Shown in pieces: positions 10,479-20,283 of a DNA stretch of 64,000 nucleotides. The notes below the pieces were generated by a model. It saw only the letters and a program-made list of their open reading frames with translations. It did no database searches and was not told the DNA's origin. Position numbers and translations under genes: made by a program. The DNA is from Promethearchaeota archaeon (GTDB lineage: Archaea; Asgardarchaeota; Lokiarchaeia; Sigyniarchaeales; SOKP01). Location: NCBI GenBank assembly GCA_019058445.1, contig JAHPZA010000009.1:256001-320000 (forward strand). The letters run 5' to 3'. Every line of letters starts with the position of its first letter. The stretch's first letter is position 1.

Positions 10479-10598
10479 TATTTAAATATTAGATGGAGAA
10501 TTTAAAGAAATATTTATTATCCTAATTTTATTAAATTCGCCTTAATTCTAGGATTAAAGGATAAAAAAAATATGATTCATTTTGTAAATTGACTCATT

Positions 10599-11357
10599 AT
10601 GCCCGTCGAACCTAAATTAGCTGCTACTGTTATCTTACTACGAAAGCGAAAAGCCGACGTAAATACTGATAACTGTGAATTTGAAGTTTTCATGGCGAAA
10701 AGACATGAAAATAACAAATTCCTAGGTGGTCATCACGTATTTCCCGGGGGAAGTATTGATAAACAAGATGCAAGTAAGGAGTCAACTGGAAGATTAATCG
10801 GGCTTGATAAAGATTTTGTAAAAAATTTAAGAGAAATTCATGAAAATCCATCTGTTATTTGGATAATAGCAATTCGTGAATTATTTGAAGAAACAGGGAT
10901 TTTACTTGCGACTAATGAGAGTGGAGATATAGTAGCAATAAACGAGGAAAACCAGAAAAAATTTCAAGATTATCAGGAAGATCTCCAAAAAAACCAAAAA
11001 ACGATGACTAATATCTTAATCAGTGAAAACCTTTATTATTATGCCGCAAAAATACGTTATTTTGGAAGATTGGTCACCCCTGCAATGTCTCCTATTAGAT
11101 TTGATACGCAATTCCTCTTATGTGAAATTCCTCAAAATCAGATTATTAATCTATTTAAAGATGAATTAACAGAAGGGTTATGGGGGACACCGAAGCATTT
11201 TCTAAAATTAAATAAAAAAAATCAGATTAAAATTATTTTCCCCCAATATTCTACTCTTCGTCGACTTAATAAGTTTCATACCATTCAAGAGGTATTTGAT
11301 AATTCAAAAATGACGTTTAAGAAAAATCAATTTATACGTCTTGGGAATAAAAGCTAA
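10599..11357 (+). CDS. NUDIX hydrolase (NUDT19-like)
   Basis: AATVILLR, VFPGG, AIRELFEETG, TP...RFDTQF. Confidence 0.85.
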   Translation: MPVEPKLAATVILLRKRKADVNTDNCEFEVFMAKRHENNKFLGGHHVFPGGSIDKQDASKESTGRLIGLDKDFVKNLREIHENPSVIWIIAIRELFEETGILLATNESGDIVAINEENQKKFQDYQEDLQKNQKTMTNILISENLYYYAAKIRYFGRLVTPAMSPIRFDTQFLLCEIPQNQIINLFKDELTEGLWGTPKHFLKLNKKNQIKIIFPQYSTLRRLNKFHTIQEVFDNSKMTFKKNQFIRLGNKS

Positions 11358-11403
11358 TACTAAAAAGGGGAATTAAATAGTTTTAGAGATTTCTTTCACA
11401 AAA

Positions 11404-13641
11404 CTATAGAATTCTTTTCAATTCCAAAATTAAAGCAGAAGGATTGTAGCGATCGAACGCAAATACTTCGGCTTTTGCATATTTGCGAAAATTCTTTTTG
11501 ATTTTTTCTGCCGAGTAAGGATGGATTCCTAAAGCCTGGGTAGCATAACTTTTCTTAGGTTCTAGAACTACTGTATGAATCTTCTGCTTGGCTAATTTTT
11601 TCTGTAAATCTTTCATTTCCTCAACTACTAACATGTAATCATTTTCAATTTGTGCAATAAGATCAGGATGTTTCACTGAAATATTGGCTCCACAATCAGA
11701 AAGAACAAATATAACAGGAATAATATTTCTATTCTTTAATTTCTCAACCTTAATTAATTTCATGCATTTTTGTAATGCGGCCGCCATTGGCGTATAAGAT
11801 TTTCCTTTAATATGTTTTAGCTTTCCCAAAGCGGTTTTAAAATTAACCGTAGGTTTCTGGAGGACGATAGCTTCTTTTCCCCTAAAAATTATTAAAGCCA
11901 GTTTATCTTTTTTACGATACCCTTCCTTTTGCAAAGATGAGATGACGTCGGTCATTTGCTTGATAACATAATACATCGAAGCTGAGCTATCTAACACAAA
12001 AAAAAGAGCTAATGGAGCACGATATTCATAGATTTTATCCATCAGATCATATTTATCAAAATGTATGGGAAATTCCACATTTGTTTTATTGTACACTACA
12101 TTTTTTAAATAATTCCGAATAGTAGCATCCAAGGCAATACTTTTGGGTAAATTTACAGGAGTTCTATAAGACACATACCTGCCCTTTTGAGATGATGCTA
12201 CTTTAATTCTCCTTCCTATACCTCGACCTCCATAATCAGATATCTTCCTATCCTTTCTTATGTTATCCAAAATTGATGTCATTTTTTTTTCCATTTTATA
12301 TATAAATGGCATAACGTCAAGTTCATAATCTGAAAGATTAAACTCTTTTTTCTCCTCTTCAGGGATATCTTTTACTTTCCAGCCTCCGGCAGGAACCGAT
12401 TCTCTTTTTCGTTTATCGGGATATTTAGGAGGTGGTAACTTCTGTTCTTTAGTCTCGGGAATATCTACTTTCTTTGGATCGATAGATTGTCGCTGAAATT
12501 CCTTCTGAGGAGTATCATCATGTTTTAACGGTCCTTCTGTATCCTTATTTGGTTGATATATTTTAGGGTCCTCGTAGGCCTTTTGTATTTTTCCATAAAC
12601 TTCCGCAATTTTTGCTTTAATTTCCTGAGGAGTCATCTCATAATGTAAGGAAGCGATTCGATGCTCAAAGACTAGATCCATAGCTACATTGAGATCTTCT
12701 TCTGTAATCTTTTTTCTATTACTTAAAGCGGCATGAGCACGAGCACATCTAATAAAAGTGATATCTGCTCGTTGAGAAAAAATCTCTAAATCATTTACGA
12801 TTTTTGAGACCAATTCATATATTGAAGCCGGAATTTCTACATGCTTTAATATCTCTCTGGCATTAATTATATTCTGTTTAAGGCTTTCTTGGTCTTTTTC
12901 GTATTTTTTAATAAACTCCTTCGGATTATCGTCAAAATCAATCACTCTTTTAGTTATTTCAGCTCGTAAGGTGGGATCACGAGGAGCTCTAATTTTCACT
13001 TCTAATCCGAGTCTATCCGCTATCTGTGGTCGGAGTTCTCCTATCGAATCCTAATTCGAAGCGAATTGAGAATCTTCGGGATTCATACTCCCGACCAAAA
13101 CGAATCTTGAGGGATGTGATACTGAAATTCCTTCTCTTTCAATAATATTAACACCTGAAGCCGCAGCATCCAAAAGTACATCAACAATGTGGTCTTGCAA
13201 GAGATTTATCTCATCTACATAAAGAATCCCTCGATTAGCTTTAGCTAATAACCCAGGATGAAGCTCGGAGGTGCCTTCGGTAAGCACTTTATCAATGGAA
13301 AGAGATCCGCACACCATATCTTCTGTGACTCCAAGTGGTAAGTTTACAAGACGCATTTCTCTGATTTCTGTTTCAAGTTTACCTTTTTCCTTCTTTTCCC
13401 TACAGGATGCACATAAATCGTCGAGGTTTGATTTAGGATCACAAGCGAAATTACAATCTCCGATAACTTCTATTTTAGGCATAATTTCGACTAGGGATCT
13501 TACAGCAGTAGATTTACCAGTACCTTGGTGTCCAGTTAGCAATACACCACCTATGAGAGGGTCAATTACATTTAAAATTAACCCCATCTTCATTTTATCC
13601 TGACCTAAGATCGCTGTGAAGGGGAAATTAATTTTTTTCAT
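11404..13641 (-). CDS. Magnesium-chelatase ChlI/ChlD-like AAA+ ATPase fused to a vWA domain. Spliced CDS = join(13641..13073, 13042..11404), 735 aa
   Basis: FPFTAILGQ, Walker A GHQGTGKST, PGLLAKANRGILYVDE (Walker B). After removing 30 nt it reads GSMNPEEGELRPQIADRLGL. The vWA has MIDAS DSSAS, TP and LSD. Exon lengths 569+1639=2208 nt, in frame. Confidence 0.9.
13043..13072 (-). other. 30-nt bulge-helix-bulge (BHB) mRNA intron containing an in-frame TAG
   Basis: Minus strand TCC-CGAA-GA^T-TCTC-AATTCG-CTT-CGAATT-AGGA-TTCG-AT^A-GGA: 4-bp central helix CGAA/TTCG, two 3-nt bulges and flanking helices. Canonical cuts regenerate a GAA (Glu) codon. Confidence 0.88.
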
Positions 13642-13749
13642 AATAATTTTAGAGTAATTTTTAATTTTTTAATTAGAGTAAAATTCTCTTTTAATTAAAA
13701 TTTCCCCCCTAAACCAACGGGTAAAATTATTATTTCGGAAAAAAAAAAA

Positions 13750-16689
13750 TTATTGATCTTTATAGTAATCCTTAAAATATTTCATTAAAGAAACAGCTTC
13801 TACGCCTTTCTTAGTTAAGGAGTATTTATAGACCTTTTCAGTTTTGTTGATCTTTACATATAGTTTCATATAGTCGTTTCTTGTAAAAAAAGAGGAGACT
13901 ATCTTTCTTGAGGATAGTCCTAAATAACTTGCTATGGATATATTAGTTATACTATTACCTAATTTTGAGAGCTCATAAATAGCGTATAAAAATTGTTCAA
14001 AATTATCACTAAGCCGTTTAGAGAGTTTTAATGGATTTTTAATGGAATTTTTATTATGAAGAAGTGTAAAATTACGAGTACAGATATTATAGTCTGTTAA
14101 TGCTTTCTTTGCTATGCTTTTATCATTATATATCTCATTTAGTGAATTAAGATAAGTATTATTATCAATAACAGAATGACAATTCGCACAAATATATCCC
14201 CCCTCTTCTTGGTCTAGAGTTTGTACGATTTCAGAACAAGAAAGAGCCTCCGTCTTAAATAAATCAGAAGCTAAAAGTGTCTTTGTATCTTTATTATTAT
14301 GATTAAATTGGAATGAAACTAAATGATCTTTTGTATTAAATTCCCCACACAAATGACATTTATCCCCATAAATAGATTCAATGATATATCTCCTTTTAAG
14401 CAAACTTATTAAACTAAGCTTAATATAACCCTTTTGTTTAATAGATAAGTTCTTTGTCTTATTATGAATATTTATTGAAATCTTTACAAGAGTATGAATC
14501 AATTCAGGAGAAAGTGAAAAGATATTTTGAGGAAATCTATTGGACAATCCTTGCCATGAGATAAGATCCCTAAAATAATTAAAATATTTGCCTGAAATAA
14601 TGTCATGATGGCTTGCGCAAACGAGAACTACTTTTTTTGATTCCATAAATTTAATTAAATTCTCTAAAAATTCCGGGTTGGTTTGATTTTTCATGTACAT
14701 CTCGTATAATGCCGAAGAACTATATTTATATTCCTTTCCATTTTGATCATGGTGAAAATCCAAAGCTTTTAACCTCGAAATATCCGTGTTTGTTTTAAAT
14801 CCTTCTTTTAAGCATAATGGGCATTTTATTAAATTTTCATTATAGATTCCATTGTATATATGGGCTATTATATAAAGTTTTATTCTACTGCCTATTACAA
14901 TTGCTCCTTTATTATATGAATACTGAGTTTTAGATCGATGTGGGATTGCATTTGGGAATTTAACTTTTAAGCTATCATAAATTTCAATAACTGAATAATA
15001 AAATTGCTTGAAGCTTTGGAATAGATTTATATCTTTCTTGTATAAGCATTCTGCTATAGGTTTAACAACTAAACGAATTCCAATTTTTTTGTGTAGTAAA
15101 CTAGATCCATATATCTGCTTTATTACTTCAGTAAGATCATTAAGATATTTGAGAAATTTATCATAATGATTATTTATTAAACTATGTAATAAGTCAATAT
15201 CCTTATTAGATAATTGGGTTGGGAGATTTATATTCTCTAAAATGTCATTTACTAGAGTGAAAGCAATTTTAGCTACCTTTTCTTTTCTAGAACAAATTAA
15301 ATCAAATATATAAAAGGATAGTGCATTCCTTATCCTTGAAAACCCGTAATAGGGCGGGAAATTAAAGTTCTTATTTGTATAATATTCTTTAAAATATTTA
15401 GTATAATATTTAGAAATGCTATATTTTGGTACTCCTGTCAATTCGGGAACGCTAATTTTCGGTAGTGTTTCATTAGCTATAATTACAGTATAAATGATGG
15501 CAGCAGCAATAATTTTTGGATTTGTTTTATTTGAAATTTTTATTTCATTATTTTCCAGTCTTAAAAAAAACTCATCTAAAATCATTTGAGATTCTAATTT
15601 TATCAGTTCTTTTTGTTCTTTTGTACACTTGATTGTACTTAAGATATTTAAATTGGTTTCTACTTTTTTTCTAAAATTTAACATATCAGCTTTAATTACT
15701 TTATCTATTTTTTCATCGTATCTTATAGATTCTTTACTTTTATCTAATTTATTTATGGATTTATTAAGATTTTCATTTTCTTTTTGAGTGTCTAATATTT
15801 CTTCTTCATTTCCATTTAAAAATTCCTCAGATTCTTCTATTAATAATTTTAAATCTTTAATTTTTAATTCATGACATAATCCGGCTTCTAAAAATTCATG
15901 ATAAGCAGAAAAAAGCTCAAAGGCAGATATTGATTTCACTACAACAGTAGGAGATTTCCCTAATAATATAACGCAAGTTTCAGAGTGGAGAATTTTGTCA
16001 TACTTTTCTTTAAGCAGGGAAAGTGTTTCATTTTCCGACAGGTCTTCAAAACTATTCTCCTTTTTTATAGGATCAATTGTATTTAAATATTTTTTCAACC
16101 AGGTTTTGAGAATAATTTGTAACTTATCTGAAAATGGGTTTAGATATTCTTGATCATAAAGTTGTTCTGATTTTTCTCGGAACTCTTTTAAAAAAGTAGT
16201 ATAATCATCAGCGATCTTCTTTAAACCCGAGCGCAACATCTTATATTGGTTTTTTGATTTTTTCTCGTTATTAAGTACTTTTTTCTGCTTCCTACTTAGT
16301 GATTTAATATAAGCCCTTGTTAAACCATCGACATATTGAGAAATAACTTGGGCGCCTCTTCCTATAGGATTACAGTACATCCAACCATTAATAAACTTAA
16401 TTAGCTCATCCGAAGCACTTGTTTTGATTAGATCTATAAGAGTTTCGGGAGATAGACTTGAAATATCAAATATACAGGTATTTACAGCCTCAAAGAGATT
16501 TCCAATAAATTCTTCAACAAATATTAAGGGAATTTTATGCTCAGAACATTTCGGATATTTGCGAAATCCGAGAATACCAAATTTTAAAGGTTTAACTTTC
16601 TCAAGATGTATGCATCCGATTTGAGGACAAATTGCAATCCGATCCTCTTTCACAACTTTTCTGCTGACTTGACTTTCTCCTTTAATCAT
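13750..16689 (-). CDS. Large multidomain protein: N-terminal Zn-finger-like region, TFIIB/cyclin-like helical domain, two HNH-like Zn modules, C-terminal winged helix
   Basis: CPQIGC...CSEH; TNPKIIAAAIIY..VPKYSISKYY; CPLC..LDFHH..VCASHH; CHLC..FQFNH..ICANCH; NISIASYLG..YSLTKKG. Confidence 0.6.
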   Translation of the reverse strand: MIKGESQVSRKVVKEDRIAICPQIGCIHLEKVKPLKFGILGFRKYPKCSEHKIPLIFVEEFIGNLFEAVNTCIFDISSLSPETLIDLIKTSASDELIKFINGWMYCNPIGRGAQVISQYVDGLTRAYIKSLSRKQKKVLNNEKKSKNQYKMLRSGLKKIADDYTTFLKEFREKSEQLYDQEYLNPFSDKLQIILKTWLKKYLNTIDPIKKENSFEDLSENETLSLLKEKYDKILHSETCVILLGKSPTVVVKSISAFELFSAYHEFLEAGLCHELKIKDLKLLIEESEEFLNGNEEEILDTQKENENLNKSINKLDKSKESIRYDEKIDKVIKADMLNFRKKVETNLNILSTIKCTKEQKELIKLESQMILDEFFLRLENNEIKISNKTNPKIIAAAIIYTVIIANETLPKISVPELTGVPKYSISKYYTKYFKEYYTNKNFNFPPYYGFSRIRNALSFYIFDLICSRKEKVAKIAFTLVNDILENINLPTQLSNKDIDLLHSLINNHYDKFLKYLNDLTEVIKQIYGSSLLHKKIGIRLVVKPIAECLYKKDINLFQSFKQFYYSVIEIYDSLKVKFPNAIPHRSKTQYSYNKGAIVIGSRIKLYIIAHIYNGIYNENLIKCPLCLKEGFKTNTDISRLKALDFHHDQNGKEYKYSSSALYEMYMKNQTNPEFLENLIKFMESKKVVLVCASHHDIISGKYFNYFRDLISWQGLSNRFPQNIFSLSPELIHTLVKISINIHNKTKNLSIKQKGYIKLSLISLLKRRYIIESIYGDKCHLCGEFNTKDHLVSFQFNHNNKDTKTLLASDLFKTEALSCSEIVQTLDQEEGGYICANCHSVIDNNTYLNSLNEIYNDKSIAKKALTDYNICTRNFTLLHNKNSIKNPLKLSKRLSDNFEQFLYAIYELSKLGNSITNISIASYLGLSSRKIVSSFFTRNDYMKLYVKINKTEKVYKYSLTKKGVEAVSLMKYFKDYYKDQ

Positions 16690-17354
16690 TCTAGTATTCC
16701 CATCCTCTTCTTTATTTCTATATCTTTTGATTGTTCTGTACTATTTAATTGAAGTAATTCTGTGATTTCTTTTTCTAATTTTAAATAGTCTAATTTTAAT
16801 TCAGTGTAAAAATCGGAAAAGAGTGGATAAAATACTCCCTCAACGCTACTTAATATACATGCCAATTTAATCGCGGTATGTAATTCTTGAGGATGATAGT
16901 TAAGTTCAGATTCTGAAAGAATATGAAGATTTTTCCATATTTCACTTTCGAGATGTTTAATCTCCTTCATAAGGGAAATTTCGTGATTATTTGGTTGAAT
17001 CTTTATTTTTTGTAATAGATTTCGGGTTTTTTCGGCTATTGATTCATATTCTATTCCAATCATCACTAAAGTTTTTGAATAACGAGTAAATAAAGAGATA
17101 AGATCTTCTACTCGCTTAGAAATGGAGTCTTTTTTAAGCGTGCGATAATCCATCTTAAATATTGAAAACCTTAAAAGAGTTATATTACTTTTATAATTAA
17201 GAAAGCTGCGTAATTGCCTTGAAAGCTCATTTATTCTATTTGAACCTTCCACTATATACCATTCTAAAAAATCGGAATCTACATCATGCTCTAAATATGA
17301 AGTCGTGTTATATGAATCAATAAACACTTCTTGGCTATTAGCATTCTTTGTCAT
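16686..17354 (-). CDS. Hypothetical helical protein, translationally coupled to the HNH-like gene
   Basis: 222-aa ORF; its stop overlaps the next ATG (ATGA). Confidence 0.6.
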   Translation of the reverse strand: MTKNANSQEVFIDSYNTTSYLEHDVDSDFLEWYIVEGSNRINELSRQLRSFLNYKSNITLLRFSIFKMDYRTLKKDSISKRVEDLISLFTRYSKTLVMIGIEYESIAEKTRNLLQKIKIQPNNHEISLMKEIKHLESEIWKNLHILSESELNYHPQELHTAIKLACILSSVEGVFYPLFSDFYTELKLDYLKLEKEITELLQLNSTEQSKDIEIKKRMGILE

Positions 17355-17499
17355 GGAAATGTTTTTTTTTGAATTTATTTAAATAAAAAAACAAACCAAG
17401 TATAAAATTCAGGAAACTCTTAATGAAAATCATTAAATATATAGAGGCAAATTGTTAATTATTGAAGTAAAAAATAAAGACAAAAGTTTCTAGTAAGAT

Positions 17500-18150
17500 A
17501 TGGAGCAAATTCAGCAATTCTTAGATGAAGATGAAGAGATTTTATGGAAGAGAGAAATAATAAGGAATTTGTCTGTGGAAAGAAAATATTTTACAATTTT
17601 TATTATATCATTTCTTGTAGCTTTTTCAACAATTTTTACCTACTTTTTGTATGTTTTTTATCTAACCTTTAGCGTTATATTTATTTTATTATTTATTAGT
17701 GTCTCTCTTTTAATTCTTCCCAATATTATGATAATGATTAAGATTTTAAAAAAATACAAAAATTCTAAGAAACAAGTAATAGAAAAATATCAGCTAAGTT
17801 TAGAAGAACTTAGAAATTATCATTTTTTATGGGTTTTAACAAATAAAAAATGGATCCAGAAAGATTTTACTTCAGATGATAAAGTAAAAATGGATCCCGC
17901 TGGTATCATGCAGCAAAAAGGCGATATTCTACAGATAGATTTGAAATCCATTAGAATAATTGAAATCAAGAGAAACTTCCGTGAGATATCCTTTTATATA
18001 TCGGATGATTATTATCTAGCGAAATCGCCAAATCTCAGTGTTGAAATTCATTCAAAACAAGATTTTAAAAATTTGGAGCAAGTAATTAGAGATTTAATTC
18101 CCATTGAGAAAGAGGATAATAGGAAAAAGAAAGTTACATTGTATACTTAA
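17500..18150 (+). CDS. Two-TM membrane protein with possible PH-like C-terminal domain
   Basis: LDEDEEILW N-terminus, two TM helices, WVLTNKK. Confidence 0.55.
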   Translation: MEQIQQFLDEDEEILWKREIIRNLSVERKYFTIFIISFLVAFSTIFTYFLYVFYLTFSVIFILLFISVSLLILPNIMIMIKILKKYKNSKKQVIEKYQLSLEELRNYHFLWVLTNKKWIQKDFTSDDKVKMDPAGIMQQKGDILQIDLKSIRIIEIKRNFREISFYISDDYYLAKSPNLSVEIHSKQDFKNLEQVIRDLIPIEKEDNRKKKVTLYT

Positions 18151-18246
18151 TAAAATGATTAAATTATAAAAATGAAATGAGTAATTCTATGTGATTAGTA
18201 AAATTAGGTTTTAAAATCGAAGGATATAACTTTAAATATCTCGTTT

Positions 18247-19197
18247 TTAAAATTTTCTTGAGATTTCAGCTAATCTTTCATCTAATTTAGAAATGACTTC
18301 ATCCCATTTTGAGAGAGTATTATTAATTTGAGGTATAATCCCGGCTCTCTCTTTATATTCTAAATATTCCATGAATTCTTTTATATGTCCAATTTTGATG
18401 AATGTTTCCGCCACGAATTCTCTGATTTCTTTTGTTTGTGTTTCCAAAACCTCAGATATTCTGCTTGTCTCACCTTTTCGCGTTAATGTCGTTAAATATT
18501 CATCTGTACCAACTAGTAAAGAATTTAATTGAGTTATTCGCTCATTGACAAAAAGTTCATAACTTTCAATTATCTTATCTTTCGGTAAAAAATTGGTAAT
18601 ATCAACAACGAGTTTTTGTGCTTGTTGAAGGAATTGTTCATCATTTTCAAATCCCTCAATCTCAAAATCAACTTCATGATATCCTGAATGGGCACCCTTG
18701 CTAGTATCATCTAATCTGAAAATCTTGAAACCGGGATCACCCTTTAATTGGATCACAGGATCTCCCTTTTTACTCGGCAGTTCTAGCTGTTTTATTAATC
18801 TTTGATGATTGAATACCAATGAAATAGCTAAGGGATTAAATTGTTGATAGCTTAAAGTAGTTTGAAGATCTAAATGTGTCATCATAACTTTCATACCAGG
18901 ATGGGAATGCCACCATCCTATCGTAAATTCTCCTTGCGCAAAAGCCTCATCATCTATTATAGCAAATGATTCATAATCTTCATTTGACCAGTATACCTTA
19001 TCAATAATGTCTTCTGGTCTTTTTTTTTGATGTGTTATAGGATAAGTATTTGAGATTATTACATCATCCCCTTCATTTTTCCCTATAAAAATTCCATATA
19101 CTTCTAACCAATCATCAAAGGGTATTTTTTGATTGGCAAATCTCACCGCAGAAGCAATAATTGTAAAATAAACCTTTTTCGAGATTTTTACTGTCAT
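18247..19197 (-). CDS. MPN/JAB (JAMM) domain protein with helical C-terminus
   Basis: EVYGIFIG and GWWHSHPGxxxxxTxxD motif. Confidence 0.85.
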   Translation of the reverse strand: MTVKISKKVYFTIIASAVRFANQKIPFDDWLEVYGIFIGKNEGDDVIISNTYPITHQKKRPEDIIDKVYWSNEDYESFAIIDDEAFAQGEFTIGWWHSHPGMKVMMTHLDLQTTLSYQQFNPLAISLVFNHQRLIKQLELPSKKGDPVIQLKGDPGFKIFRLDDTSKGAHSGYHEVDFEIEGFENDEQFLQQAQKLVVDITNFLPKDKIIESYELFVNERITQLNSLLVGTDEYLTTLTRKGETSRISEVLETQTKEIREFVAETFIKIGHIKEFMEYLEYKERAGIIPQINNTLSKWDEVISKLDERLAEISRKF

Positions 19198-19409
19198 TTT
19201 TCTTTAAAAATGATTAAAGTAAGTCTTAAATTCAATTTTATTGATAATAAAGGAACTTGTATTTATGCTTTTTTTTAACCAAAGAAATTCTTATAATGCC
19301 TTTTTCTATTCGAACATTAAATATTTAAAGCTTAAATTTAACTTTATATTAAGTTCAATATATTACAAAATTGGATTAATTAATCGATATTAAAAAAAGG
19401 TGAGAAATA

Positions 19410-20075
19410 ATAACTGAACAAGGTTTCATACCTTTAACTTCTCAACTTGGTATTTCAGGTACATCTTATAGACTCCAATTAGGATTAATAAATGGTAAAT
19501 GGGCTTCAAGAATTATGAAAGGAAAAGACCTTATCGATTCATATGTATATAAAGAATCAGAAGTATCTGGGGATTTTCCTAACCAAAATTATATTGTAGG
19601 ATGGGTTCTTCGAACCGTTGCAATTCCCAACATTAATCCTCACCAAATAATGAAAACTACCCAAGCTTTGGTAAAGCAAGCTGTTCAGCGTAAGACTGAG
19701 AAAAAAGTGGTTGCTCCTGTTGAAGAAACACGTAAAGTTGAATTAGAAAAGGTTCCTGAAAGCCAATTAAAGAGACCAAAAGCAAAAGGATGGGTAAAAC
19801 AAGAAGGGATGGTTTCAACTCAGGATAGGGAAGATGAAATGCGTAAGGCATTTAAAGCAAGAATGGCAGCAGCTAAAGAGGAAGAAGAGAGCAAAGCTGC
19901 ATCCTCTAGCCCTACAATAAAAACAAAAAGAGAATTACCCTCAATACCAGGAGGAACTCAGAAAGCTGAACCGGTTGTGGAAAAAGAAGACGCGGTTTTC
20001 TGTCCATATTGTGGAAAAGATTTAACTTTTAAATTCTGTCCCTTTTGCGGTAAACCACTCCCTCATGAGCATTAA
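19410..20075 (+). CDS. Protein with C-terminal zinc ribbon (two CxxC pairs); probable ATA start upstream of the tracked ATG at 19515
   Basis: CPYCGK..FCPFCGK; frame open from 19404 directly after the SD-like AGGTGA. Confidence 0.65.
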   Translation: MTEQGFIPLTSQLGISGTSYRLQLGLINGKWASRIMKGKDLIDSYVYKESEVSGDFPNQNYIVGWVLRTVAIPNINPHQIMKTTQALVKQAVQRKTEKKVVAPVEETRKVELEKVPESQLKRPKAKGWVKQEGMVSTQDREDEMRKAFKARMAAAKEEEESKAASSSPTIKTKRELPSIPGGTQKAEPVVEKEDAVFCPYCGKDLTFKFCPFCGKPLPHEH

Positions 20076-20283
20076 TTTTTTAAACCCTATTTTTTGTTCT
20101 TGAGATAACTACGAGTTTTTTTGAAAGTATAACTTATTTCAGAGAATTACTGAATCTTATTTTCATGAGAATAATTTCAAAAATAAATTGATAATTAACT
20201 TCAAAATTTAAATCCATTAAATTTTATATTATTATTTATATTAAAATTATACTAATCTAAATTTTAGAATTTCGTGAACAATC

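Noticed and set aside
13051-13053. TAG read-through (pyrrolysine) or a plain pseudogene or two-gene split of the chelatase
   Set aside because: Read-through would leave 10 extra residues inside the invariant NPEEGELR motif. The downstream ORF begins mid-AAA domain. Precise BHB geometry explains the insertion exactly.
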